NCBI GenBank assembly: GCA_050298695.1
Contig: JBNKUQ010000002.1
Coordinates: 3,136 to 67,135 of the forward strand
From: Cellvibrionaceae bacterium
Lineage (GTDB): Bacteria > Pseudomonadota > Gammaproteobacteria > Pseudomonadales > Cellvibrionaceae
Direction: 5' to 3'
DNA length: 64,000 bases
Shown: positions 54,671-64,000 of the stretch, piece after piece
How the letters are laid out: each line of letters starts with the position of its first letter
How positions within the stretch are numbered: the stretch's first letter is position 1
The notes under the pieces: generated by a model
Database searches by the model: none
Seen by the model: only the letters and a program-made list of their open reading frames with translations
Told to the model about the DNA's origin: nothing
Program-made: the position numbers and the translations under genes

Positions 54671-57600
54671 ATGAAAGCTAAACAGTTGATACGGTATTTA
54701 TTGAGTCCGGTAGTTCCGCTTATAAGTATTCATGTCTTTGCTGCGCCAGGGGTATTACAAGATGCGCCGTTAATAGTTTCTATAGAGCCAGTTCAGCCTA
54801 ATATTTTATTTATGTTAGATGATTCTGGGAGTATGGCAAGTTTACTTTTGTATTCCAATAGTGCGGTAGAAGTTGATGGGGTAGATTCCAATGCTCTTCA
54901 AAACAACTTGGATTTTACCCCAGACAATTCTGGTGAACGAAAAAGGCTGTGCCCAGCCTACAATGTGTTGGCATATGACCCAACGCAAATATACTCCCCT
55001 TGGCCTGGGGTTGATGAAAATGGAGTTGCTTTTCAACCAGTAACTGATCTGACAAGTGTCAGGCGTGACCCTTATATTGCCTCAGATACCGTTAACATTT
55101 CTAACAATCGTTATGTTTTAGATGATCTGAACGATGGTATTTATGTTGTGGGTGATTGTGATAGCGATAATGTACGCTCGATTGCTGATGAGACAGATCC
55201 AGTAGCTAGGACTAATTATGGGAACTGGTATGTTTATTATCGCTCGCGTCAATTGACGGCAAAAGCTTCTCTCTCGAATATAATTTATGGAAGCCGCGCT
55301 CGTGTTGGTGCAACGGGGCTTTTTAAGAAAAATGGCGATGCTTTAAACCGTACAAAAGGAGGTGTATTAATTAAAGATATTGATGACTCTCAAGAAGATG
55401 AGACTTTAGCTGCTGTGGCGGCTCAAAATAAGGCTGCACTATTGCAATATATTCACGGCACTATTGTTTCGGATACTGGAGCAGGTACACCATTGAAGAG
55501 AACCTTGTTGCAAGCGGGTAGGTACTTTAATTCGGAAGAAAGCCCCGACCCATATTTCTTTGGTGTAGGGAAAGAACATGCTGAGTCAGAGAATACTATC
55601 AATAGCAATACGCCTATTCTGAATGCTGCCAATAGTGGTGCATGTCAACAAAACTTTGCAGTTTTGTTTTCTGATGGTTTTATGAATAGAGATTCAAGCC
55701 CTGGTTTGGGAAATGTAGACGGTGATAATGGACCTACATTTGCCGATACATATAGTAATACCCTGGCGGACATCGCTATGTATTACTTTGAAAATGATTT
55801 AGTTCCTGATGGTAGTGAGGCAAATCAATTGAATGACTATGTTCGCGCTAGAGACCCGCGCACAGGGTCTACAATTAATCGCCAACATATGACCACCTAT
55901 ACTATTGCTTTTGGCGTTAATGGTAATTTATCTGGTAATCCAGGAGAGGTTGGTTTTGATGAATGGCCAGAGCCAGTAGAACAATCTCCTAGCTCAATTG
56001 ATGATATGCGACATGCTGCTTGGAATGGTAGGGGCCGTTTTTTAAACTCTAGTAACCCACGCAAGTTAAATGAGGATTTGGACAGTATTTTTGACGATAT
56101 TTATGGACGCACAGAAGGTACAGCGGCAGCAGCTACTGTTAGCTCTGGCCTTCTTGAAACCACTACCCAGTTATTTACAGCAAAGTATGATTCATCTGAT
56201 TGGAGTGGTGATTTAACCTCTCAATTATTTGACAGCAATGGCTTGCTTGAAGAAGAAAATGAATGGTCAGCAAAAGGTCGGTTAAATAAAAGGGTAGAAG
56301 ATGATAATGGTGATACCTCTTATACCAATAGCCGCACTATACTGACTTATAGTGTTGATCTTAATGACTTTAATAACTTATCGAATACTGGTGGAGTCGT
56401 ATTTGATTACGCCAATTTGCATACAAGCCAACAGGCTATATTGACATCTGCGACCTTTGATAGCTGGACGGAAACAGATGAAAATTTTGCTATTGCGTTA
56501 GTCGATTATCTAAAAGGCAGTAAAATTTATGAAACCGGCGTGATTACGGATTATATTCTAGATAATGAAGACGCCGATGATTATCCAGATGTTTTTCGTT
56601 CGCGTAATGGTAATTACTTGGGAGCGATTGTTAACTCCTCCCCACAATATGTAGGGCCGCCTAACGATAAATATCCTGATCAAATTCAAAGTAGTAGTGC
56701 ACTCTATAACAGTTTCAAAACAAGCCGTGCCAATCGAACACCTTTGGTTTATGTCGGCTCTAATGATGGAATGTTACATGCTTTTAATGCTGCGGTTAAT
56801 GTCAGTAATGAAGGTGATGTATCAGTTTCTAATGACGGAGGGGAGGAAGTTTTTACGTATATACCAGGTTTGCTAACCGAAAAACTACCTAACCTTGCGA
56901 GTCCTAACTACCAGTATCAAGCTTATGTGGACGCAACCCCAACCGTAAGGGATGTTTATATAGGTACAGATAGCACTAGTGGTGCAAGTACTTCTGTAGA
57001 TGCCTGGCGGACTTATTTAGTGGGAGGGTTTCGTAGCGGTGCTAAGGGCATTTATGTATTGGATGTCACCGATCCAGTAGGTACTTTCGCTTCGAGTATT
57101 ACCACTGATGCTCAAAAAGCTGCATCAATTGTTAAATTCGAATATACCCATCCAGATTTAGGCTACACCTTTAGCCGTCCACAAATTGCTAAGTTAAACG
57201 ATGGCAAGTGGGTGGCTATTTTTGGTAATGGTTATAATGCGGATGGGGACGGTAGAGCAAAATTATTTATTGTTGATCTTGCAACGGGGCAAGCCGTGGA
57301 TATTCTTGATACGGGTGTGGGTAATAATGCTGGTGGCTCTTGCTTGGACGAGGACGCAAGTGATGGCGATGCGGCTAGTGATTGTAATGGTCTTTCTTCG
57401 CCTACGTTGGTTGATTTGAATGGAGACTTTAAAGTCGATCGTGTTTATGCCGGTGACTTACATGGCAATATGTGGGCTTTTGACATTGAAAATACTAGCT
57501 CAGATGCTTGGACAAGTAATAAATTGTTTACCGCTAATCGAAGTGGAGATGGAGAGTGTACTAGTACCACTTGCCGTCAACCTATTACGGTAAAACCTGA

Positions 57601-58309
57601 GGTGACTTTACACCCCTCTCGTCGTTCATCGAGTACTAAGCCTAATATTTTAGTCTTTTTTGGTACCGGTCAATATCTTGCTGAAGGAGATAATGCAACA
57701 ACCGAACGCCAATCTTTCTACGCAGTGTGGGATGCGATCAATGTCGATGACGATAATAACCTCGTTAATAATAATTTAACTAAACAAAACCTGGTCGAAA
57801 GGACTTTTTCTAGCAGTGATACAGATGACGGCACAGTATTTACAATAGCTGGTGACCCTGCCACTTATATCACTTCTAATGCTGACGGAGATGGTAATTA
57901 TGGCTGGTATGTCGATCTGGAATTAGCTGAAAATAATGTATTCTTGAGAGGCAGGGTGGTGATTAACCCTTTGTTATCGGGTGAAGTTGTCTTTTTTATT
58001 GTTTCCGTTCCTCGTCAAGGGGCTTCTTGTGACTCTGGTAGTAGTAATAGCTATCTGGTGTCACTTGACTTGCTGTCAGGTTTGGTCCCTGATTTTACGG
58101 TTTTTCCGGATGGTGATGGAAGTTCGAATTCTTCCGATACTTTCTCTAGCCCAGTAACGGAGTTAACGAATTCTGTCGTTGGGATGGGAATAAGTGGTAT
58201 TGAAAACACACTTATTTTAACTAATGAGAATAGTTCTATCACAACTAAAAACGTGACTGATGGTAGACCAATTCCCTCTGGCAGGAAGTCCTGGTCAATT
58301 ATAAAGTAA
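54671..58309 (+). CDS. pilY1: PilY1 pilus tip adhesin / Ca-binding protein (cluster 2)
   Basis: It has a signal peptide. vWA-like motifs are NILFMLDDSGSM, GTPLKRTLLQAGRYF and VLFSDG. The C-terminal propeller carries VDLNGDFKVDRVYAGDLHGNMWAFD. It is 1212 aa. Confidence 0.9.
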   Translation: MKAKQLIRYLLSPVVPLISIHVFAAPGVLQDAPLIVSIEPVQPNILFMLDDSGSMASLLLYSNSAVEVDGVDSNALQNNLDFTPDNSGERKRLCPAYNVLAYDPTQIYSPWPGVDENGVAFQPVTDLTSVRRDPYIASDTVNISNNRYVLDDLNDGIYVVGDCDSDNVRSIADETDPVARTNYGNWYVYYRSRQLTAKASLSNIIYGSRARVGATGLFKKNGDALNRTKGGVLIKDIDDSQEDETLAAVAAQNKAALLQYIHGTIVSDTGAGTPLKRTLLQAGRYFNSEESPDPYFFGVGKEHAESENTINSNTPILNAANSGACQQNFAVLFSDGFMNRDSSPGLGNVDGDNGPTFADTYSNTLADIAMYYFENDLVPDGSEANQLNDYVRARDPRTGSTINRQHMTTYTIAFGVNGNLSGNPGEVGFDEWPEPVEQSPSSIDDMRHAAWNGRGRFLNSSNPRKLNEDLDSIFDDIYGRTEGTAAAATVSSGLLETTTQLFTAKYDSSDWSGDLTSQLFDSNGLLEEENEWSAKGRLNKRVEDDNGDTSYTNSRTILTYSVDLNDFNNLSNTGGVVFDYANLHTSQQAILTSATFDSWTETDENFAIALVDYLKGSKIYETGVITDYILDNEDADDYPDVFRSRNGNYLGAIVNSSPQYVGPPNDKYPDQIQSSSALYNSFKTSRANRTPLVYVGSNDGMLHAFNAAVNVSNEGDVSVSNDGGEEVFTYIPGLLTEKLPNLASPNYQYQAYVDATPTVRDVYIGTDSTSGASTSVDAWRTYLVGGFRSGAKGIYVLDVTDPVGTFASSITTDAQKAASIVKFEYTHPDLGYTFSRPQIAKLNDGKWVAIFGNGYNADGDGRAKLFIVDLATGQAVDILDTGVGNNAGGSCLDEDASDGDAASDCNGLSSPTLVDLNGDFKVDRVYAGDLHGNMWAFDIENTSSDAWTSNKLFTANRSGDGECTSTTCRQPITVKPEVTLHPSRRSSSTKPNILVFFGTGQYLAEGDNATTERQSFYAVWDAINVDDDNNLVNNNLTKQNLVERTFSSSDTDDGTVFTIAGDPATYITSNADGDGNYGWYVDLELAENNVFLRGRVVINPLLSGEVVFFIVSVPRQGASCDSGSSNSYLVSLDLLSGLVPDFTVFPDGDGSSNSSDTFSSPVTELTNSVVGMGISGIENTLILTNENSSITTKNVTDGRPIPSGRKSWSIIK

Positions 58310-58349
58310 GTACATAGAATCTTTAATCGCAGATAAATTGGATGCATAA

Positions 58350-58808
58350 ATGGTGACATTAGAACGCTCAGAAAATATAAAGGGATTTACGCTTGTAGAA
58401 CTACTAGTGGTGGTGGTTATCCTCTCTATTTTAGCCGCAGTAGCAATACCATCTTACCAGGCATATATAGAGGATGGCCGACGTTCAGAGTGCCAGGCTT
58501 TTGCTCTGGATATTGCTTCGCGACAAGAGCGTCATTGGACGCAACAATCAACTTACGGTAATTTAGATGCCGGTTCTCCTGAGTCATCAGAAGGCGCAGG
58601 AGATGCCGTGGCTGCGAATAATGATCTAGGTATGCCTAATGGTAATCAAAGTGAAAATGGTTATTGTAGTGCTATCGTTGTAGGAGGTGATAGCTTTACT
58701 ATTCAGGTAACAATGACGCCTGCGGATACGGAGTGTGGAGTACTAACCTTAAGAAACACTGGAGAGCGCACAAGCGAACGAGGTAATGCTGCTGAGTGTT
58801 GGCGTTAA
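58350..58808 (+). CDS. pilE: Type IV pilus minor pilin PilE (cluster 2)
   Basis: KG|FTLVELLVVVVILSILAAVAIPSYQAYIEDGRRSECQAF. It has C-terminal Cys residues and is the last gene of the operon. Confidence 0.8.
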   Translation: MVTLERSENIKGFTLVELLVVVVILSILAAVAIPSYQAYIEDGRRSECQAFALDIASRQERHWTQQSTYGNLDAGSPESSEGAGDAVAANNDLGMPNGNQSENGYCSAIVVGGDSFTIQVTMTPADTECGVLTLRNTGERTSERGNAAECWR

Positions 58809-59353
58809 GTACATTTTTCCAACGCTTCTTCTTGACTTGCTTTTCTCGCTCTACCCGTTCTGTAAATGATTAATTGCTTTGCATAAACATTTCCGCTTTT
58901 TATTAGGCAATACGTTAACCTACCGTTTTGATTCGCTGTGCTACCGTCAGCTTTAAAGCGAAGGTAGCGCAAGCTTCCCGAAGCATGCCATTTAATAGTC
59001 TCATTGTTGTCATGGCCTGGATTTTCAATAAGGGTTTCCACTCTTAATAATTGTTCGTCTTCGCTTCTTATTTTATCATTATCATTATCCACAAAGATCA
59101 TCAAATCATGTTTCCAATCATTAATACAGTCGAGTTGATTATTAGTTGGGCACAAAATAACTTGGCTATGATAGTTAACCGCTTGTATTCGAGTGAATTG
59201 AACTAAGGTGAAAAGCTGGTTATAAATATTTGTAGCTTTGTTATTGTTCAGTAAAGCCTGTAGTGATGGGATAGCGCTAGCTGCTAAAATACAGAGAATA
59301 GCGAGAGAGACAAGTAAATTGAGTAAAGTGAAACCGTAGAATATCCTTTTCAT
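58805..59353 (-). CDS. fimT: GspH/FimT-family minor pilin with Asn instead of Glu at +5
   Basis: MKRIFYG|FTLLNLLVSLAILCILAASAIPSLQALL. The GspH-like body includes VILCPTNNQLDC...DLMIFVD. It is convergent with pilE, and their stop codons overlap (TTAA at 58805-58808). Confidence 0.7.
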   Translation of the reverse strand: MKRIFYGFTLLNLLVSLAILCILAASAIPSLQALLNNNKATNIYNQLFTLVQFTRIQAVNYHSQVILCPTNNQLDCINDWKHDLMIFVDNDNDKIRSEDEQLLRVETLIENPGHDNNETIKWHASGSLRYLRFKADGSTANQNGRLTYCLIKSGNVYAKQLIIYRTGRARKASQEEALEKCT

Positions 59354-59494
59354 GGTGAGCTCCTTCCTTGGGCTGTTGAATGAATTAGTTGTTTAAATAA
59401 ATAATCTAGCTAAGTAAACGATCTAGATAAAACCTATAATTAAAACAATAAGCGTTATTTCCCTATGCAAACGTTTAACTATAATACACCATCA

Positions 59495-60910
59495 TTATTC
59501 ATCGTCAATCCCTAATTTCTTTAGACGATAACGCAATGAGCGAAAAGTGATGCCTAATGTTTTTGCGGTATTGGTTCGGTTCCAGCGGTTTTGTTCAAGG
59601 TGTTCGGTAATAATATTTTTCTCAATATTTTCTAAATAATCGTCAAGCGACATTGCTTCGGCATCGTAATGGAGCAAAGCGTTTGTCTGCACTTGTTCTT
59701 TAAGCAGGTATTGTTCGGTGATTTTAGTATTTTCATTTTCATGATGTTGAGAAAAAGTATTAGCGTCTTCTCTATTTAGGTTGAGATCATGGGGTTCAAT
59801 GCCCATATCGCCGCAGAGGGCACAGGCGCGCTCCAATATATTCTCCAGCTCTCTCACATTGCCGGGAAAAGTGTATTGGCTCAACAAACTCATCGCTTCG
59901 CTTGTAATATTGGTCCTGTGGCTTGCATTTTTTTCGGCAATTCGTTGTAGTAACTTTTCGGTAAGAAGAGGGATATCTTCTCGGCGTTGCCGAAGTGCTG
60001 GCACATTAATTTCAATGACATTGATGCGATAATAAAGGTCATTTCTAAATAAACCTTGCTTGATCGCGTCGAGAAGATTTTTATGGGTGGCGCTTAAAAT
60101 ACGTATATTTATAGAAATTTCTTTTTGAGAGCCAACGGGCCGGATGCTTTTCTCTTGTATGGCACGTAATAGTTTAACTTGCATGTCCATCGGTAAGTCG
60201 GCGACTTCGTCTAAAAATAAAGTACCACCTTCTGCGCTTTGGAACAGTCCTTGTTTATCTTGATGTGCACCCGTAAAGCTCCCTTTTACATGTCCAAAGA
60301 ATTCACTTTCCATAAGCTCTTTTGGGATGGCGCCACAGTTAACTGCGATAAAAGGTTTGCTGTGTCGATTGCTTGCTTTGTGGATGGCGCGAGCCACTAA
60401 TTCTTTACCGCTTCCAGATTCTCCATGAATAAAAACAGGTGCTTGAGAGCGAGAAACTTTTGCAATGTTATCTTTGAGTTTTTCTATGGTTTTTGATTGT
60501 CCAATGATGTCATTAATACCGTCATTGGCCCTTCTTTGTCGATTGACGCTTAACGCACTGGTAATAAGGTTGCGTAAGTGAGTTAAGTCAACAGGTTTGT
60601 TAATAAAGTCAAAAGCACCGCGCTTCATTGCATCGATGGCAATATCCATGGAGCCATGTGCTGTTATCACTACAACGGGAGTGGGTTTTTCTTGAGACTG
60701 TGTTAGTTTGACAATATCAATGCCAGAGCCATCGGGTAGTTTTAAATCGGTGAGGCATAAATCAAACTTGTTACTCTCTAATTGTTCTTTGGCGTCACTA
60801 AAATTTGCAGCGCAAATGGTATTGTGTCCCATCCGCTCCAGTGTCATAGAGAGTAGCCCGCGAATATCAGGTTCGTCATCAATAATTAAAATAGTGTTAT
60901 TAGTACTCAT
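59495..60910 (-). CDS. pilR: Sigma-54-dependent response regulator PilR
   Basis: The REC domain is ILIIDDEPDI...DLCLTDLKLPDG. The AAA+ sigma-54 activator module has GESGSGKE and GSFTGA. It has a C-terminal HTH and a 4-nt overlap with pilS. Confidence 0.85.
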   Translation of the reverse strand: MSTNNTILIIDDEPDIRGLLSMTLERMGHNTICAANFSDAKEQLESNKFDLCLTDLKLPDGSGIDIVKLTQSQEKPTPVVVITAHGSMDIAIDAMKRGAFDFINKPVDLTHLRNLITSALSVNRQRRANDGINDIIGQSKTIEKLKDNIAKVSRSQAPVFIHGESGSGKELVARAIHKASNRHSKPFIAVNCGAIPKELMESEFFGHVKGSFTGAHQDKQGLFQSAEGGTLFLDEVADLPMDMQVKLLRAIQEKSIRPVGSQKEISINIRILSATHKNLLDAIKQGLFRNDLYYRINVIEINVPALRQRREDIPLLTEKLLQRIAEKNASHRTNITSEAMSLLSQYTFPGNVRELENILERACALCGDMGIEPHDLNLNREDANTFSQHHENENTKITEQYLLKEQVQTNALLHYDAEAMSLDDYLENIEKNIITEHLEQNRWNRTNTAKTLGITFRSLRYRLKKLGIDDE

Positions 60911-62502
60911 TGTAATTCAATTCTTCGTTGCGAGTGAGAGAGTATTAGTTTAAATACGCTGTAACTATTTTGGGTATCGTAATAATAACTTAAATTTGCC
61001 TGGTTAGCTTCGCTTAATTCTTTACATAAATACAATCCGAGCCCTGATCCGGTGACCTCTGTGGTATAAAAAGGTTCAAAAATGTGTTCGCGTCCTTTGT
61101 CATCGATACCCTCGCCATAATCAATAATTTCCATAATAGGGCGATGGTCTTTTTCTTGAGTATCGATAATAACCTGTATAATTGCTCGTCCCGTTTTTTT
61201 GAGGCTGTAGCGCATCCCATTTTCAGCTAAATTACTAATAATTTGATGCAGATGTGTAGAATCAATTTTTGCTAAAACATTACGTTTTCTTTCAATAATT
61301 TCGATATCACCACTATGATGTTGTAAATATTCGGCTTTGAAGTCTTTTGACCATTGATTGATATTGATAATTGCAGGGCTAGCATTTTTTCGTCGAGAAA
61401 AATCTAAAATGTTATTAATAATAAAATTAATGCGCTGTGAATGGTTGTGAATAATAGTGAGTAGTTTTTTGTCATCTTCTTGAATGTCTGAGGATTCTTC
61501 AAGTAGTTGACTTGCATGGCTGATAGCGCCCAGAGGATTTCTGATTTCATGGGCAATACTTGCTGTTAATCGTCCTAGTGAGGCAAGTTTTAATTGCTGC
61601 GCCTCTTGCCCCAAGCGTTGCATATCTTCAATAAATAACATTATCGACGGAAAGCGGTTGTCATTTAAATAGGCAAAGCTGATTTTAATCGTTTGGTTAT
61701 CTGCTAATGTTAAGGTAATGGGGCTTGGAATAATGCCATCTTTCTGCCAGTTTTCTAATGCATCATGAACAGCTTGGATACCTTTTACACCATCAAACTT
61801 ATTATTAACAGTTAACATTAAAGCAGCGGCATTATTGATGAGCTGTATACGCAAATTGAGATCTACAACAACAATGCCTGTTCGCATAGTTTCAACAATG
61901 CGTTGGCTGATTAGCTGTAAATAATCGGCTTGTTCGGTTTGCTTTTTTGCCGTATCTTCACTGTCTTGTACTTTTTTAGAGAAAATACGAAAGGCAATGG
62001 CTGTTACAAAAAGAGCTACACCGGTGATTCCCGCTGAGAAAAAATCTCTGCCATCCGCGTCGTTGGCATTAATTGCAAATAGGCTCATTCCCAGCACGAG
62101 CAGCGTTCCAAATGCGGCTAAGCCAACACTGGCTTGACTGCGCAAAAAGGTGCTACCAACGGCCATAGGAATTAGCAGTAGATAGCCGAGTCCACCGGAG
62201 AGATTGCCGCTGGCATATATCAGGGTTACAAGAGCCGCGAAGTCAAAAACTAATAGAGCAACTAAGTGGGTACTATAGGCCTTGATGGTATTTGCCCAAT
62301 AGAGGATCAAGGATATTGAGCAAATAATAATATAGAAGAGAACGGCATTGCTGAATAAGTCTGGGTATACGTAACCAAAAACATCTTTGGATAAGCCCGT
62401 CCAATGCATACTACCTAGGATAAGCCCCAATCCAAGGCGATAATAAACATAGGTTCCGAGGAGTCGAAGGTTGTCATGGGTGGTAGGGCTTAGAAAAGAC
62501 AC
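60907..62502 (-). CDS. pilS: Sensor histidine kinase PilS
   Basis: It has about six N-terminal TM helices. The H-box is SIAHEIRNPLGAI, and the ATPase G-boxes are DYGEGI and GSGLGL. It lies upstream of pilR. Confidence 0.85.
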   Translation of the reverse strand: MSFLSPTTHDNLRLLGTYVYYRLGLGLILGSMHWTGLSKDVFGYVYPDLFSNAVLFYIIICSISLILYWANTIKAYSTHLVALLVFDFAALVTLIYASGNLSGGLGYLLLIPMAVGSTFLRSQASVGLAAFGTLLVLGMSLFAINANDADGRDFFSAGITGVALFVTAIAFRIFSKKVQDSEDTAKKQTEQADYLQLISQRIVETMRTGIVVVDLNLRIQLINNAAALMLTVNNKFDGVKGIQAVHDALENWQKDGIIPSPITLTLADNQTIKISFAYLNDNRFPSIMLFIEDMQRLGQEAQQLKLASLGRLTASIAHEIRNPLGAISHASQLLEESSDIQEDDKKLLTIIHNHSQRINFIINNILDFSRRKNASPAIININQWSKDFKAEYLQHHSGDIEIIERKRNVLAKIDSTHLHQIISNLAENGMRYSLKKTGRAIIQVIIDTQEKDHRPIMEIIDYGEGIDDKGREHIFEPFYTTEVTGSGLGLYLCKELSEANQANLSYYYDTQNSYSVFKLILSHSQRRIELQ

Positions 62503-62651
62503 GGTTTACCTTTTATTTTATAGTCGATTAGCGCTAATCTTTTGCTTTCGTTTTTACTTTACCCGACAATGGTCGGCTTTGTATAGGGTCCATTGGGGAC
62601 CCTGTCATTATCCTGAAAAAAACCAGCAGTTCTAAGTATTAAGTGGGTAGA

Positions 62652-64000
62652 ATGAAAAAACTAGTGATTGTGATGGCTCAAATTAATCCGCTCGTAGGGG
62701 ATATAGAGGGCAATACTAAACTTATTATTCAATGTGTTCGAGAGGCTGAGCAGCAGCTTCGAGCAGATATTATTATCTTTCCTGAGCTCAGTCTTTGTGG
62801 TTATCCGCCGGAAGACTTATTGCTTCGCGGTAGTATGCATCGCCGAATACAGGCCGCGCTAGATGATTTAAGCTCGCAAACTTTTACGGCAACGGTTGTT
62901 ATTGGTTATCCACTGTACAGCGATGGTCAATGCTTTAATGTGGCTGGTGCTCTTCAGTCAGGTGACTGGATAGCTTGTTATGCCAAGCAAGAGCTGCCTA
63001 ACTACCAGGTCTTTGATGAGAAGCGTTATTTTCAAAAAGGTAATCAAGCGTGTGTATTTAACTGTCATGGTATTCCTACGGCTCTCTCTATTTGTGAAGA
63101 TATTTGGCATTCTGGACCCATGCTTCAGGCAAAAGCGCAGGGCGCTCAGTTAATGATTAACCTTAATGCCTCACCTTTTCATTTGAGTAAGCGCCAACAG
63201 CGATTGGATTTGCTGAAGGCCAGAGCGCGTGAAGGCAATATGCCTATTATCTACGTCAACCAAGTGGGTGGACAGGATGAGTTAGTGTTTGATGGCGGTT
63301 CATTTGTGGTGGATGCCGAGGGAAATTGCTGTGCGCAAGCGCCTTATTATGAACCTGCTTTATTTTCTGTTGAAATTACCTTGCCTGAGGCTTCTGGTTC
63401 CGCTCTTAGTATTACTCAACAAGCATTGCCCATGGAACAATCTCAGTTAAAAATAATTTACGATGCGCTGGTGTTGGGTGTTAGAGATTATGTTCGTAAA
63501 AATGGTTTCAAAAAAGCAATACTGGGCCTTTCTGGCGGGATAGATTCATCATTGACATTGGCCATCGCGGTGGATGCACTAGGTGCGGATAATGTGTCTG
63601 CTGTGATGATGCCGTTTCGTTATACTTCTGAACTCAGTCGTAATGATGCTGCTAAACAAGCAGATGTAATGGGTGTGGATTATCGAGTAATTAGTATCGA
63701 ACCTATGTACGATGCTTTTATGTCTGGTCTAGCAGAATCTTTTGTAGGGACAGAAGTGGACTTGACTGAGCAAAATCTACAAGCTCGTTGCCGTGGTGTC
63801 ATATTAATGGCTTTGTCTAATAAAACCGGCGCAATTGTTCTTACCACGGGTAATAAAAGTGAGATGGCAGTAGGATATTCCACGCTCTATGGGGACATGG
63901 CCGGCGGTTTTGATGTATTAAAAGATGTCCCTAAAATAACGGTTTTTGCACTGGCTCGCTATCGCAATACGCTTTGCAAGGCGGGGGAATATTGTATCCC
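62652..64000 (+). CDS. nadE: Glutamine-dependent NAD+ synthetase, N-terminal ~450 aa (the 3' end lies off the window; not in the ORF track)
   Basis: ATG 62652 opens a frame that stays open to nt 64000. It begins MKKLVIVMAQINPLVGDIEGN. The CN-hydrolase domain has FPELSLCGYPPED, LPNYQVFDEKRYF and ICEDIW, and is followed by the NAD-synthetase PP-loop LGLSGGIDSS. Confidence 0.85.
   Translation, partial: MKKLVIVMAQINPLVGDIEGNTKLIIQCVREAEQQLRADIIIFPELSLCGYPPEDLLLRGSMHRRIQAALDDLSSQTFTATVVIGYPLYSDGQCFNVAGALQSGDWIACYAKQELPNYQVFDEKRYFQKGNQACVFNCHGIPTALSICEDIWHSGPMLQAKAQGAQLMINLNASPFHLSKRQQRLDLLKARAREGNMPIIYVNQVGGQDELVFDGGSFVVDAEGNCCAQAPYYEPALFSVEITLPEASGSALSITQQALPMEQSQLKIIYDALVLGVRDYVRKNGFKKAILGLSGGIDSSLTLAIAVDALGADNVSAVMMPFRYTSELSRNDAAKQADVMGVDYRVISIEPMYDAFMSGLAESFVGTEVDLTEQNLQARCRGVILMALSNKTGAIVLTTGNKSEMAVGYSTLYGDMAGGFDVLKDVPKITVFALARYRNTLCKAGEYCI

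Noticed and set aside
3065-58808. The idea that the two pilin clusters are a recent tandem or segmental duplication, or an assembly duplication
   Set aside because: Outside the N-terminal helices the protein pairs differ strongly in sequence and length, and the flanks are unrelated. An ancient paralogy or horizontal origin fits better.
1-64000. Sigma-54 promoters (TGGCAC-N5-TTGC), tRNA/rRNA genes, CRISPR arrays, transposases, integrases and recognisable defence or toxin-antitoxin genes
   Set aside because: TGGCAC occurrences seen by eye (for example near 3340, 10486 and 22224) lie inside genes and lack TTGC at the correct spacing. I saw no cloverleaf-like tRNA ends, no regularly spaced direct repeats, and no mobility or defence signatures in the ORF translations. 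ORFs below 60 aa were not systematically examined.

Overview
This is a 64-kb chromosomal segment of a moderately AT-rich gammaproteobacterium. Single hand-counted 60-nt samples of core genes gave 42-48% GC. The backbone gene order resembles what I remember of Pseudomonas and Oceanospirillales genomes.

Gene content, left to right:
- The 3' part of yhdP.
- A first complete type IV pilus minor-pilin operon: GspH-type pilin, pilV, pilW, pilX, a ~1555-aa pilY1, and pilE.
- yjgA-mgtE-ptsO-rapZ-ptsN-(decayed hpf?)-rpoN on the minus strand.
- A 4.3-kb interruption separating rpoN from the lpt genes. It holds an amidohydrolase gene and a GC-rich LysR/pirin/FMN-reductase cassette.
- lptB-lptA-lptC(frameshifted)-kdsC-kdsD-yrbG.
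- A run of small housekeeping or unknown genes: MlaC-like, COG3323-like, two NUDIX, DUF3135, DUF1289, CorC-type, PilZ, DUF1631, ypjD-like and rpsT.
- A four-gene glucosylglycerate operon.
- murJ, followed by a low-GC three-gene insert (ATP-grasp, GNAT/FemAB-like, REC-GGDEF).
- ribF-ileS-lspA-fkpB-ispH.
- A second complete minor-pilin operon (fimU-pilVWXY1E) with convergent fimT and pilR-pilS.
- The 5' part of nadE, which is open to the window end and absent from the ORF track.

I recognised no rRNA, tRNA, CRISPR array, transposase or integrase. The non-coding repeats are one 79-bp REP-like palindrome and two copies of a ~130-bp MITE-like element.

Most worth a second look:
- The duplicated but strongly diverged minor-pilin/PilY1 sets.
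- The giant PilY1, whose vWA domain is split by three tandem modules.
- The low-GC ATP-grasp/GNAT-like/diguanylate-cyclase insert between murJ and ribF.
- The broken lptB-rpoN-hpf synteny.
- The lptC frameshift in an A9 tract.
- A perfect CRP/Vfr palindrome upstream of a DUF1631-PilZ operon.

All family assignments come from motif recognition by eye. No database search was possible.
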